Shown: one piece after another, positions 1 through 13,196 of the stretch
Position numbering within the stretch: the first letter of the stretch is position 1
Layout of the letters: every line of letters begins with the position of its first letter
Assembly: GCA_963575745.1 (NCBI GenBank)
Contig: CAUYUJ010000092.1
Span: 620,001 to 670,523, forward strand
Direction: 5' to 3'
DNA length: 50,523 nucleotides
From: Prorocentrum cordatum
Lineage: Eukaryota
Translations under genes and position numbers: made by a program
Notes under the pieces: generated by a model
Seen by the model: the letters and a program-made list of their open reading frames with translations, nothing else
Told to the model about the DNA's origin: nothing
Databases searched by the model: none

Positions 1-1337
1 CAACTTTGACGGTGAACTGGTCGCACGCGCCGCCTCCAGGAGGCAGCTTCTCTGGGCACCCACGACGCCCAACTTGATGCCAAGGTCGACCTTTTTTCTC
101 GAGAATCCCGCCTTCGACTGCGATGCGCTTGCGCGCCTGGGCACCTGGATCTGCGGGGGCCGCGTCCGCAGGCTTCCCTCCCAACTTTCAAAAGTGAGCG
201 ACCCACTGATCGCCCAAGAGTGCGAAGGCATGCCGCGTGGGCATAAGCACGAAGAGTGCACCCGATGACTGAAATAACAACAAGACCTCTGGACCTCGGA
301 CACGCTCTGTTCACTCAGCTACGCATCAGATGTTCCCTAGCAGTGGGCTTCGTCGAATCTATATGCCCACGTCGCATCGACGCCGTAGGAACCGTAACAG
401 CTCGAGTCCAAGGCTCTGTAACCGTCGTCGGGGTTCAGAGCGTTAGCCGGGCGAAAGAAAAGCTGGCGATTGGAGAGGGGGGCTGCGCCGAACATACCTC
501 GCCCCTTTCAGTGTGATGTCACGGGCGAGCCCTGGGGAGCGGCGGCGGAGGAGCAGAGCAGGGGGGGGGGGGAACCAGGAGAGACGGACGGACGTATCGG
601 TTGACCTAGGAACTCGCAGGCCAAGATGCGGGGTCAGAGTTAAGGGGGGCGTGCCGAACTGCTTCGTCGCAAATTATCGCGGGAGGTCTCGCTGACGCCA
701 GGTCGCTGCGCACGCGTCCTTCGCGAGAACGGCAAAGGTCGGTTATGCCATCCTGCGTCAACTTCCATCACCCCCTATCGGGGCCCACCATCTAACCCTT
801 CCCAAACAATGGACATGAACTGCTGATCTCCCCAAAGGCTCTCCCCGAGCATTGCGCCCCGCAGCTGGAGATTACGAAAGGGGCGGCGAACCGCGCCCTG
901 CCGCCATTTAAGCCGCTGCGCGCGTGACGTGAGAGACACCGACACCATAATCATCTGCAGTAGACGCAGCACCTGCGAATCAGATATTCAAGGTATTCTG
1001 AGTTTCCTCTCTCTCTCTCTCGCACTTGCTCCTCCCACTCGCCTCGCCGCGCAACAGACGTCGAGCCAGTTTCGCTTGGGCACCGTCGACCTTGTGCACT
1101 ATCGCTGAAACAACACCATCGAGACTAATCTATGGGCGGGCCCCCTCGGCAACAGATTCGAACACAATGCCATTGCACCAGCGATTGGTGCAATCTTGCC
1201 AGAACCCCAGGAGCAAATTGTTGCCGAAACGCGCTTTCTGGACGCGTCTGGGGGCCTCCAAGAGAAATAACTACCACCAGCCTGGAGCGCGGGCCCTAAC
1301 TACCTGCAGCTGCGAACAACTTCGGAGGAGGAGGAGG

Positions 1338-3714
1338 GGCACCCCGCGAGTTAGCGCAGCAGGTCAGCCATCCCTCCCCTGGCGAGCAGCACGCGGGCAC
1401 GCCCTTGCGGCGGCCTTGGCTGCGAAGCCGCTGCTCTGACCTCCCCCAGGCGGCAAGAATTAAACGCGGAGAATTTCATGTCAGAGGCGACTGCGCCGGC
1501 ATGCGTGTACTGTCGAGAGGACAGAGCGACGAGGGGGGCCACAGATGCGGAAGGAAACAAAAAAGGCGCCCAATAACCCCGCCCAGGAGGCAGGGACGGC
1601 ATCAGCTGCCTAACGGTTGGGGCGATGACAGGGCATTCAAAGTAGTGGGCGATGCTGTCAGCACCGAAGTTGCAACACCCAAAGACACAGAAAGAGGTCG
1701 GCTGCCTAAAGCGCTTACTTGTGGGCCAGCCATTGAACGCGGTTATTAGGACGCACGTAATTATGAAAATAGGTAGGCGCCTACTCAGAACTTGAAGTCG
1801 AATGACGGCGGTGTCGGCGTCAGCAATGGAGGCCTCGGGGGTCCAGTCGCGAAGCCTGTCGATCAATGAGGGGCCCATGGGAACCTGCGGCTGCTGCTGG
1901 AGGAGGCATCTCGTGATGGCGCTCTGGAAGGTCTTGTTGGGGACAATCATAGGAGCAGAGGAAGGGGCGGTGAACGAGTCGTAGACTTGGGACACCTGAT
2001 GAAAAATGGAGAGCTGATAGCCAGGGCTCCACCTGTAGGCAATCACAGCGTCGTCCCCAGCTTCTACGTTTGCCAACTCATCTCGTAGCCGGCGGAATTC
2101 ATCAGATCGGATATCACATCGAGTATACTGGCCCTACACAGGATCTCGAGCGAACGGCATTCAACTGGGAGGCCGAGGGACTTGAGGTGGCGCATTGCTT
2201 TCGGAGGGGATGAATACCGAGGAGCACGTGGGAGGAGCCGATGAACTTCCCTCTCCTCGTTGAGAAGAGACTTGCTCGGAGGGTAGAACTGGCCGACGTG
2301 CGAGGCCACGGGTAGGGCGTAAACATTGTGGCCCTGCAGCGACTGTGTGAGACTGAGCCCTGAACTCCGTGCCTCCTCGGTCCTGGAACGAAGCACGACG
2401 CGAACGGGTTCCCAGGCGCGTTCTTGGCCTTCTTTGCCCACCACGATCCCGAGAAGCTCCCCAGAGGACTGGATCCTGAACGCCCTGGCGTTCAGCCCGT
2501 GGACACGAAACTTCCGAATGGTCTCATCATCCGAGGAGGCGTGGAGCACGACGATCACACACTTGGCCAGATTCAGCGAGAGGCCCGTGATGCCACTGCA
2601 CGCGACGTGACGCTTCATCACGTGGGGCAGCGAGCAAAACAGGTCACGCGAGATCATATAGATGTCATCTGCGAACGCGCCCAGCTCGAAGGGGGGCCTG
2701 GGCTGGAGCTGCAGCAGGTGCCGCAATATTGGATCTAGCGCGAGCGCGAACAATACACCACTCAATAGGCAACCATGTTTCATACCCCGATTGGCCCAAT
2801 AACCGTGACCCCCCCAATTCCCAAAGAAAATGAACGTCCAGACCTGCTGGTAAAGGAAAAAACCGCTTGCCTGAGAAAACTCGGAAGGCCCATGGACAAG
2901 AGCACGTAGAAGATCCACGAGTGGTAAACGCTCGGGAACGCATTCTTAAAATCGAAGAGGGTGAGCCCGCAGTAGAGCTCACGCTGCACGTACCCCCAAA
3001 CGGAGAGCAACACATCCATGTTTATGATGTTGTCATTCATCATCCGACCACGAACGGAACCACGCTGGACGACATGACAGCGATCGGCGGCGACTTCATT
3101 AAGGACGCTGGTAATAGCGTTGCTAACGACTTTGTTGTCAGTGTTGGAGAGAGAGAGAGAGAGAGAGAGGACGAATGGCAGTTGGGTCTCGAAATTCCTC
3201 CCCCCTGGTTCACCAGATCACCTTTCGGCAAGAACACGGCACGACGATAATTGAACTCTGTTGTGAGAGGATGGCCTTGCATCACGTGCAAGTAGAGATT
3301 ATATCATACTGAACGAACTCGAGGACCTGACTGCTGCCAGACCGAGTACGGGATGCCATCAGGGCCCGCAACGGAGCCTTTCTTCAGATCCAAAAGCTCG
3401 AGGGACTTCGTTTCGGAGAGAACCCAATCGAAGTGCTGGTGGGTACTATTAACAAACTGCTCGGGATTCGGCTCGATTTTCCGGATAAGTTCGAACAGTG
3501 GATGAACCTCAGGGATCGGGACCTCGTCAGAATTGTCAAACACTTTTCCCCAGAATTCGGCTAGTGCCGCAGCAGCTTCGTTCGGGTCGAAAAAACTTCC
3601 TGCTGGGGCCCAAGAGCGCCAACATGACGAATACGCGGGCGCTGGGCAGCCCAGGCGGCAGAAAGACGTCGAACGCGCTGGATGGCAAGTTCTGCAGCGG
3701 CCTCACCAGCCTGC
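1338..3714 (-). mobile_element. Degenerate 5'-truncated L1/Tx1-like non-LTR retrotransposon (ORF2 RT + C-terminal Cys/His motif), multiply frameshifted
   Basis: Successive minus-strand ORF fragments give RT motifs in the right order: AGPDGIPY (3304-3543), AVFLPKG and RPLSLS.NTDNK (3040-3291), LFDFKNAFPSVYH (2780-3043), RGMKHGCLLS, AFADDI and TGLSLNLAKC (2064-2918), then CVFGC...DSIAHYFECP (1351-2076). Bounded by (GGA)n at 1324-1337 and 3715-3772. Confidence 0.9.
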
Positions 3715-3772
3715 AGGAGGAGGAGGAGGAGGAGGAGGAGGAGGAGGAGGAGGAGGAGGAGGAGGAGGAGGA

Positions 3773-4178
3773 AGGGGATACATCGACCTGTCCGGGGCGT
3801 TTTTGTGTTGAGCGCGTGGGCCGAAACGGCGTCAGCGCAGTTGCCGACAGAGGGCGCGCATGCCATGCGCCCCGTCTGGGGCGCGTTTGGGCAGGCGCGG
3901 GCAAGTCCGCAGCGGCCCAGGCATCCATGGCGGAAGACCGCCGCCCATGGTTTTGACGCCGTCTCCAGGCGAGCGATGCCTCGCGCCGACGCCCTGCATG
4001 CGCGCCCGTGGCCGGGCGCGCGAAACATTCTGAGAGGCCACACGACGGCCTGGGAACGCGCGCAGGCGCGCTCGCCAGCACCCCCACCCATCCACCACAT
4101 TGCGGAGGGGAGGAATACTGGCTCTGGCCCGATTGGAAACGACGCCGCCGCGGGGGCTCGAGCCAAAATGGCGACGGA
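3773..4178 (-). mobile_element. Short SL-headed retroposon (SINE-like or retrocopy fragment) with (CCT)n 3' tail
   Basis: The minus strand starts with an SL relic, continues through ~385 nt with no recognisable protein, and ends in a pure (CCT)n run (3772-3715). Confidence 0.55.
4157..4178 (-). other. Relic dinoflagellate spliced leader
   Basis: Reverse complement TCCGTCGCCATTTTGGCTCGAG matches DCCGTAGCCATTTTGGCTCAAG at 20/22. Confidence 0.9.
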
Positions 4179-4483
4179 CCCCGTGTCCCCACGCTCACCT
4201 TTCCTCCCCCTCCTCAGCTCACCATCGCCCCCCCCATTGACCCCGCAGGGAACTCGCCTCCCGCCTCAGTCCTCGTTCACATCTTCATTCCCTCGCCACC
4301 CCCCTGCTCTCCTCCTCCCCCCCGCCGTCCGTTCGCCCATCCCCCTCCGCGCTCCTATGTCATTCCTTCTGTTCTCCCCGCTCTCACGGCCAACCTTTTC
4401 GCCGATTCTATCGGCGGCTGGGAGCGAAGCCCCAGGTCACCGAGGCCGCAGAAATTCCGGGGGGTCATGGGGCGGCTTCCTAT

Positions 4484-4575
4484 GGCCCGATCGGTGTATT
4501 CAATTTCGGCGGGCCGTTTTGCCTGATACCTTCTCATATTTGCGTCGTCCCGAAATTCAATACACCAATCGGGCC
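4484..4575. mobile_element. 92-bp MITE-like inverted-repeat element
   Basis: 26-bp terminal inverted repeat GGCCCGATCGGTGTATTCAATTTCGG / CCGAAATTCAATACACCAATCGGGCC (2 mismatches). No clean TSD. Confidence 0.6.
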
Positions 4576-5744
4576 TTGGATTTTTTCCTATAGTTCTCTC
4601 ATTTTCCAAAGTCCCCCGCGGCCATGGAAAGTAGGCGAACGCATGTGGACGCCCAAGCTGGGACTGCAGGCGAAGCTCCACATGGGGCATAATCTGAATG
4701 AGACGTGCGACGACATTGCCAGGGGTGGGGGGGCCTCCGCGCCAGGGCCATGCGCGGAGCTGCCACACGGAGCGCGATTTGTTCAAACGGAAGCACACGT
4801 TTGCACGAATACGCCACACGCATTCATGACTGCCCCTACTGGGTTCGCAGGTGGCACTCCCAGTGGGATGCCATCCGCTTGACAAGGCGTGCCGAAACGG
4901 GCGCGGAGACTTCATGGGAACTCCAACTGGGGCCCGAAGTGCACGGCCGCGATCTCCCCGAGGGGCGTGCCGACGCGGGCACGAAGACGCAAGTGGAGCG
5001 CCCCCGCGAAGGCCGTGGGCGGAGTTCCCTCAATGGCGCGAGCCACGGGAAGGGCGCGCCGCTATGGCTGTGGACACGCTCCGCGGGCGCCCTCCCTGGG
5101 CCTGGGGGTGGAGCCCACTGCGCGCCACAGTCCGCGCGAGGGTCGCGCCGAACGGACCGCGGAGACGCTTTAGGTACGACGCTGCTGGGACCGCGGATGA
5201 AGCCCCCCCAATTGGGTCGCGATCCGTGCGATGAGCTTGCCGAACTGATCACGACGTTCGCAGCAACGGCAGCGGATGGCATCGACGGTCCACCAGCACC
5301 ATGCAGCAGGCAACGCAGCAGAGGCGGCTGCGAGCGGATGAGGGCGGGGGGAGGCGGATAGAGGAGGAGGAAGGAGCGCAGCGAAAGTAACACAAAACAC
5401 CTACCAACAAAATAATATCGGAAAACCAAGCGGCACCGAGAACAACTCCCTGCTATAAATTCTTAAATCTGGGAAATGGATTGGTGTATATATACAAAAG
5501 GAACTGGGAGGTGAGAGGGCATTCACGGAATTCATCCTGACGAGACTCCTGCGTGTAAGCTCAGACCCTGGTTAAGCAGTCAGGCTCCGCGGAACGTCCA
5601 TGCCATCTTTGGACGGGAGGCTCCTCGCCAGCCTGCGCACGACGTTCTGTTTCCCCGTCTGACTGGGGCACGGGGGGCAGGCAGGCTGTGCAACGCTCAA
5701 CACGGATTCCCCCCCCCCAAACATGGAGGAGCGAGGGGTTAGGA

Positions 5745-5770
5745 GGATGAGGAGGAGGAGGCGGATGATA

Positions 5771-5830
<60 letters not shown>

Positions 5831-5861
5831 CTGATGCTGATGCTGATGCTGATGCTGATGC

Positions 5862-5908
<47 letters not shown>

Positions 5909-5970
5909 GTGGTGATGATAAGGAGGAGGAGGAGGAGGAGGAGGAGGAGGAGGAGGAGGAGGAGGAGGAT
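5745..5970. repeat. (GAT)n/(GCTGAT)n and (GGA)n microsatellites
   Basis: Direct reading of the sequence. Confidence 0.95.
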
Positions 5971-6104
5971 GATGGGGGAGGAGGATGGGGGAGAGGGAGC
6001 CGCAGCGGCGGCGCCAGGAGAGGGAGCACGAGCGGGAGCAGGGCGGAGGAGGACGAGGGCGGCGGGCCGGGGAGGCCGAGGCCGTGGAGGGACGGAGGCG
6101 GGGG

Positions 6105-6295
6105 GGAGCCACGAAACGCTGTACGGGGCGTGGCGGACGCGTGCGGGCGGTCCCACTGGGACCTTCGCTGGGGCTCCCTTTAGGGCCACGGAGCGCTGTA
6201 CTGGGTCGGGGGGGCGCAGCAGTGCCGCTGGGGCCTTCGGTGGAGCTCCCTATGGGGCCCCGAAGCGCTGTAGTGGGTGTGGCGGACGCATGCGG
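6105..6295 (-). repeat. Dispersed copy of the ~90-bp satellite family found at 15.3-15.8 kb
   Basis: GGGGCCTTCGGTGGAGCTCCCTATGGGGCC is the reverse complement of the core GGCCCCATAGGGAGCTCCACCGAAGGCCCC. Confidence 0.8.
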
Positions 6296-6319
6296 GAGAG
6301 GCGGAGTGGGGGGGATGGC

Positions 6320-6416
6320 CTCCAGCTCCTGCAGGGTGCGCGCCGAGCAGCGGTAGCTCGGGGGCAGCTGCCAGAGCAGCCCCCCGAGCACGCCCGCCTT
6401 GTGGAGCTCCGAGTAC
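6320..6416 (-). CDS. DUF72 domain protein, exon 3 (later exons not identified)
   Basis: (R)YSELHKAGVLGGLLWQLPPSYRCS matches DUF72 LG.lL.QlPPSf. AG|G acceptor, phase-consistent; probable GC donor (GAG|GCC). Confidence 0.85.
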
Positions 6417-6999
6417 CTCGTGGCATTCTGCTCCCTACCACTCCTCCATTCCTCCTCCTCCTCCTCCTCCTCCTCCTCCTCCTCCTCCTCCTCCTCCTCC
6501 TCCTCCTCCTGCTCCTCTTCCCTCATCCGTTCCCTGTCCGTATCCTCCCTCTTATCCTCCTCTTCATCATCCCTCATGCTCCCTCCTCTATTTCCCATGT
6601 TTCCCTCATCTCTTCCCTCATTTCCCTCCGCCGTGTTTATCTTTGCCCCGATTCCGCTCCTCCTCATCCAACTGCTCCTTTTCCTTCGCTTCCTCCTCTT
6701 CCTCTTTTTCCTCATCCTTCTCCTCCTTGTCCTCTAGCCTCTCCCCCTCTTGCCTCTCCGCTCCCTCCCCTTCGGCCTTACGGGGAGGGGATGGCGAGAA
6801 CAGTCGAGGAAGAGGGGATGGAAACGGGAAGAGGGAACAGGACGGAGACAGAAGGGGAAGAGAGACATGCGGGGGGGATGAGGACTGGGGTAGGAAGGGG
6901 AAGCTGAGAGGAAACCAATCATCCTCATCATCCTCATCATCATCATCAGCAACATCATCATCATCTCGCTATCACTGTGGCGTTCCTTGCCCTGACAAC

Positions 7000-7070
7000 C
7001 TGGCCCACAGCGCCGGCCACCACTCCTGCGGCGATCGCAAGCGATTCTCGTGCGTAGCCACCCCGGATAC
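7000..7070 (-). CDS. DUF72 domain protein, exon 2
   Basis: AG|GTATCC acceptor; VSGVATHENRL matches DUF72 K....iTH..rL. Ends AG|GTTG, phase 2, compatible with exon 3. Confidence 0.85.
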
Positions 7071-7274
7071 CTTCAGCGCTCTGAAGCAAGGAGAGAAGAT
7101 GTGCGAGGAGGATGAGGATGATGACAATGAGGAGGAGGAGGAGGAGGAGGAGGAGGAGGAGGAGGAGAAAGAGGAGGAGGAAGAGGAGGAGGAGGAGGAG
7201 GAGGAGGAGGCGGTGGAGGAGGGGGGAGGACGAGGCGGAGCAGCAGCAGCAGGAGCAGGATAACAGATACTGAC

Positions 7275-7451
7275 CTTTAGCACCGCCAAGAGCTTCAGCT
7301 CCTTGAGCTCCGCGGCAACGCGTCGGAACTGCTCGGGGGTCCCGTCGCGCTCGTGGAACGTCCAATTGAACTCTACCACGTCGTAGCGCCGCGAGTACTC
7401 CTTGGGGTGCAGGCCCGCCCAGCCCGTGGTGCCGACCGAGACGCGCTCCAT
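7275..7451 (-). CDS. DUF72 (YecE-like) domain protein, exon 1
   Basis: MERVSVGTTGWAG...YSRRYDVVEFNWTFH...LAVLK matches the DUF72 N-terminal GTSGW...Y..F..VEiNsTFY...K pattern. Ends AAG|GTCAGT (phase 0). Confidence 0.85.
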
Positions 7452-7689
7452 GGGCCGCCCCACGCGCGGCGCCCGTCGCGCGGGCCCAGGGGCAGCGGGG
7501 GCGCGGGCTGAGACGGACAGCGAGAGGATGACGAGAAGGAAGGGGAGGAGGAGGAGGAAGGGGAGAGGGGGATAAGAAGGACGGGCTGGGGATGATGGTG
7601 AGGACGAGGAGGACGAGGAGGATGCGGGAGGAAGAGGAGGGGGCGACTGGGGAGGAGACGGGGAGGAGGATGAGGAGGGGGGAGGACAA

Positions 7690-7723
7690 CTAAGTACGAC
7701 GACGACTAGTACTGCTATTACTA

Positions 7724-7776
<53 letters not shown>

Positions 7777-7785
7777 ACTACTACG

Positions 7786-7817
<32 letters not shown>

Positions 7818-7852
7818 GAGTACCACTACTACTACTAATACTACTACTACTA

Positions 7853-7908
<56 letters not shown>

Positions 7909-7945
7909 GCTACTAGTACGACTACTACGACGACAACGACGACGT

Positions 7946-8009
<64 letters not shown>

Positions 8010-8280
8010 GACGACGACTACGACTTCTACGACTCGTACTAGTAGTAGTAGTAGTAGTAAGTAGTATAGTAGTAGTCGTAGTAGTAGTAGTATAGTAGTA
8101 GTAGTATAGTATCAGTGATAGTAGTAGTAGTAGTAGTAGTAGTACTACTACTACTACTACTACTATCACTACGACAACGACAACGAACGACGACGACAAC
8201 TACGACTACGACGACGACGACGACGACTACTACTACCATTACTGCTACTACTGCAACTTACTACTGCTACGGCGACGACG

Positions 8281-8311
<31 letters not shown>

Positions 8312-8397
8312 GTACTACTACTACTACTACTACTACTGCTACTGCTACTAGGACGACTACTACGACGACAACGACGACGTCTACTACTACTACTACA

Positions 8398-8441
<44 letters not shown>

Positions 8442-8471
8442 GACGACTACGACATCTACGACTCGTACTAC

Positions 8472-8524
<53 letters not shown>

Positions 8525-8579
8525 ATCGTAGTAGTAGTAGTAGTAGCAGTAGTAGTAGTAGTAGTAGCAGTAGTAGTAA

Positions 8580-8617
<38 letters not shown>

Positions 8618-8821
8618 CTACTACTACTACTACTACTATCACTACGACAACGACAACGAACGACGACGACAACTACGACTACGACGACGACGACGACGAC
8701 TACTACTACCATTACTGCTACTACTGCAACTTACTACTGCTACGGCGACGACTACTACTACTACTACTACTACTACTCCTACTACTACTACTATTACTAC
8801 TTAAACTACTACTACTACTCT

Positions 8822-8886
<65 letters not shown>

Positions 8887-9016
8887 GTACTACTACTACT
8901 ACTACTACTACTACTGTTACTACGACTAATATTACTACTAATACTACGAAGACTACTACTACTACGACTGCTCCGGCTACTAGTATTACTATTACTACTA
9001 AAGGTACTAAGACGAT

Positions 9017-9058
<42 letters not shown>

Positions 9059-9135
9059 GACTACTACTACTACTACTACGTCTACCCGAACAACTCCTAC
9101 TACTCCTACTCATATACCGGCTCTTACTCAAATTC
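7690..9135. repeat. Compound (CTA)n/(CGA)n/(TAG)n microsatellite field with an internal tandem duplication and strand switches
   Basis: The interrupted landmark CTATCACTACGACAACGACAACGAACGACG...CCATTACTGCTACTACTGCAACTT recurs at ~8163 and ~8636. (CTA)n flips to (TAG)n at ~8040 and ~8472. Confidence 0.9.
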
Positions 9136-9970
9136 CTATCCTTATTCCTTATTAGAATATACTCCTACTCCCCCCTCAGGCCGGCCATTAGGGGCCGCAT
9201 CCGGGTGGTCCCATCCTAACCTGTAAAAAACAATACAAAATCAACATGTTTCTTATTTTTTCCTCTCGACATGGACGTCCTGTCGTCCACGGCGATAATC
9301 CATTGCAAAAAATACCACAAAGAGCACACGCGCGCGTTCATGTCAGAATCCTACCGAACACCGTGTGTTTGCAAGCATTTCAACATACAAACATCAAAAA
9401 CCCAATGCTTTTTCACAAAAATTGTACAAATTTCCCGCCCGGGCTCTCTTGCTGAAATCATAGGAAAACCATAGGAATCTTAAGAATTCGGTCAAATCCA
9501 GCGATTTCACGTCATCGCGCGGTGCACTCGCGATGCTCTGTCATGCACCCAGGCCGCGAATCCTGTGCAAAAAATACCACAAAGAGCACACTCGCGCGTT
9601 CATGTCAGAATCCTACCGAACACCGTGTGTTTGCAAGCATTTCAACATAAAAACATCAAAAACCCAATGCTTTTTCACAAAAATGCTTTGGGGTGTCCTG
9701 TCAGACCGTCGGGCTTCCTCCGGCCACCTCTGGCTTCCTGCGGTGTACCGGGCCATTCTCGACTCGTCTGGCAATGCGTGCGCGGCATTCAACACGCGCT
9801 CGCCAGTTCCCGTCGGCAACCGCCATCGCGGCCGCATCAGCTGTACCAAACCGGCTGGCCGGTGTGACTTCGGCCCCCAGTTGTGCCAGCTTTGCTTCTT
9901 ATGTTGTGGGAGGGCGGGTGGGACTGGGCATGCCATGCTTGACTCGCTCGAGCTGGCTAGCTTGACTCCT
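9135..9970 (+). repeat. ~830-bp non-coding unit, copy 1, followed by (CTA)n
   Basis: Near-identical to 10958-11793 (offset 1823). Contains an internal ~115-bp direct repeat (AAAAAATACCACAAAGAGCACAC...TTTTTCACAAAA) at ~9305 and ~9567. Confidence 0.9.
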
Positions 9971-10026
9971 ACTGCTACTCCTACTCCTACTACTACGACT
10001 ACTACTACGACTACTACTTGTACTAT

Positions 10027-10074
<48 letters not shown>

Positions 10075-10206
10075 AACTACAACTACTACTACTACTCAAA
10101 ATAATACAACTTCTACGACTACCACTACCACCACCATTAATTACTACTACGACTACGACTAAGACTACGACTACGACTACCACTACGACTACTACTACTA
10201 CTACTC

Positions 10207-10257
<51 letters not shown>

Positions 10258-10331
10258 TAACTACGTCTACTACTACTGCTACTACTACTACTACTACTAC
10301 CACCACTACTCCTACTCGTACTCCTACTACT

Positions 10332-10408
<77 letters not shown>

Positions 10409-10604
10409 TACTACTACTACTACTACTACTACTATTACTACTACTACTACTACTACTACTACTACACTCACTACTCACTACGACTACTACTACTACTAGT
10501 AACTACTAATACTACTACGACTACTACGACGACTACTACTACTAGTACTAGTACTAGTACTTCTACTACTACTACTACACAACTACTACTACTACTACTA
10601 CTAT

Positions 10605-10687
<83 letters not shown>

Positions 10688-10709
10688 ACTACTACTGCTA
10701 CTGCTACTT

Positions 10710-10769
<60 letters not shown>

Positions 10770-10821
10770 ACTACTACTACTTACTACCACTTGCTACTAC
10801 TACTTACTACTACCACTACAG

Positions 10822-10854
<33 letters not shown>

Positions 10855-10957
10855 TACCCACCTCAGCCGGCCTACTCACTGACTACTTACTACTACTAAC
10901 TACTACTACTACTTTGGTACTACTAACTAACTAACTACTACTACTACTGCTCCTACT

Positions 10958-11793
10958 CCTATCCTTATTCCTTATTAGAATATACTCCTACTCCCCCCTC
11001 AGGCCGGCAGATAGCGGGCGCATCCGGGTGGTCCCATCCTAACCTGTAAAAAACAATACAAAATCAACATTTTTCTTATTTTTTTCTCTCGACATGGACG
11101 TCCTGTCGTCCACGGCGATAATCCATTGCAAAAAATACCACAAAGAGCACACGCGCGCGTTCATGTCAGAATCCTACCGAACACCGTGTGTTTGCAAGCA
11201 TTTCAACATAAAAACATCAAAAACCCAATGCTTTTTCACAAAAATTGTACAAATTTCCCGCCCGGGCTCTCTTGCTGAAATCATAGGAAAACCATAGGAA
11301 TCTTAAGAATTCGGTCAAATCCAGCGATTTCACGTCATCGCGCGGTGCACTCGCGATGCTCTGTCATGCACCCAGGCCGCGAATCCTGTGCAAAAAATAC
11401 CACAAAGAGCACACTCGCGCGTTCATGTCAGAATCCTACCGAACACCGTGTGTTTGCAAGCATTTCAACATAAAAACATCAAAAACCCAATGCTTTTTCA
11501 CAAAAATGCTTTGGGGTGTCCTGTCAGACCGTCGGGCTTCCTCCGGCCACCTCTGGCTTCCTGCGGTGTACCGGGCCATTCTCGACTCGTCTGGCAATGC
11601 GTGCGCGGCATTCAACACGCGCTCGCCAGTTCCCGTCGGCAACCGCCATCGCGGCCGCATCAGCTGTACCAAACCGGCTGGCCGGTGTGACTTCGGCCCC
11701 CAGTTGTGCCAGCTTTGCTTCTTATGTTGTGGGAGGGCGGGTGGGACTGGGCATGCCATGCTTGACTCGCTCGAGCTGGCTAGCTTGACTCCT
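10958..11793 (+). repeat. ~830-bp non-coding unit, copy 2, followed by (CTA)n to ~13300
   Basis: See copy 1. Identical ORF-track peptides appear at offset 1823. Confidence 0.9.
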
Positions 11794-11809
11794 ACTCCTA
11801 CTCCTACTC

Positions 11810-11974
<165 letters not shown>

Positions 11975-12091
11975 TTACTACTACTACTACTACTAATACG
12001 ACTACTAGTACTACTATTACTACTGCTACTACTACTACTACTACTACTGCTCAAGAAATAAAACTTCTACGGCTACCACTACCACCACCAT

Positions 12092-12122
<31 letters not shown>

Positions 12123-12383
12123 ACGACTACGACTACAACTACGACTACTACTACTACTACTACTACTACTATAACTACGTCTACTACTACTGCTACTACT
12201 ACTACTACTACCGCTACTCCTACTCTTACCCCTACTACTACGGCGACTACTACTACTACTTCGACGACGAAGACTACTACTACCGCTACTACTACTACTA
12301 ATTATACTACTACTACTACTACTACTACTACTATTACTACTGCGGCTACTCCTATTACTACTACGACTACTACTACTACTACA

Positions 12384-12414
<31 letters not shown>

Positions 12415-12546
12415 TTACGACGACTACTACTACTACTACGACTACGATTATTACTACTACTATTACTACTACTACTACTACTACTACTGCTACTGCTACT
12501 GCTACTACTACTACTGCTACTACTACTACTACGGCTACTACTCTTC

Positions 12547-12578
<32 letters not shown>

Positions 12579-12780
12579 GCTAATACTAACTTACTACTAC
12601 ACTACTACTACTAAACTACTACTACTACTACTACTACTACACTCTACTACTACTACTACGACTACTACTACTACTACTACTACAGTTGCTACAAGTACTA
12701 CTACTACTGCTACTACTCCTACTCCTACTCCGATTTCTACAACTGCTACTACTACTACGCTTACTACGACTACGACTACG

Positions 12781-12823
<43 letters not shown>

Positions 12824-12908
12824 TTACTACTATTACTACTATTACTACGTTTACTGCTACTACTACTACTACTGCTGCTACTACTACTAATAATAATAAT
12901 GATACTAT

Positions 12909-12943
<35 letters not shown>

Positions 12944-13040
12944 GTACTACTACTACTACGACTACTACTACTACTACTACTACTAATAATAATAATACTA
13001 CTCCTACTTCTACAACAACAACAACTACTACTACTACTAC

Positions 13041-13112
<72 letters not shown>

Positions 13113-13163
13113 ATTCTACTACTACTACTACTACTGCTACTACTACTACTACTACTACTGCTG

Positions 13164-13196
<33 letters not shown>

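Noticed and set aside
1..1320. Short ORFs at the window start
   Set aside because: No recognisable motif or consistent exon structure.
5590..5650. RLARSLPSKDG as DUF72 exon 4
   Set aside because: The nearest AG|G acceptor gives the wrong phase; unresolved.
7051..7072. TGCGTAGCCACCCC as an SL relic
   Set aside because: Only the 5' half matches, and it is the antisense of a DUF72 exon.
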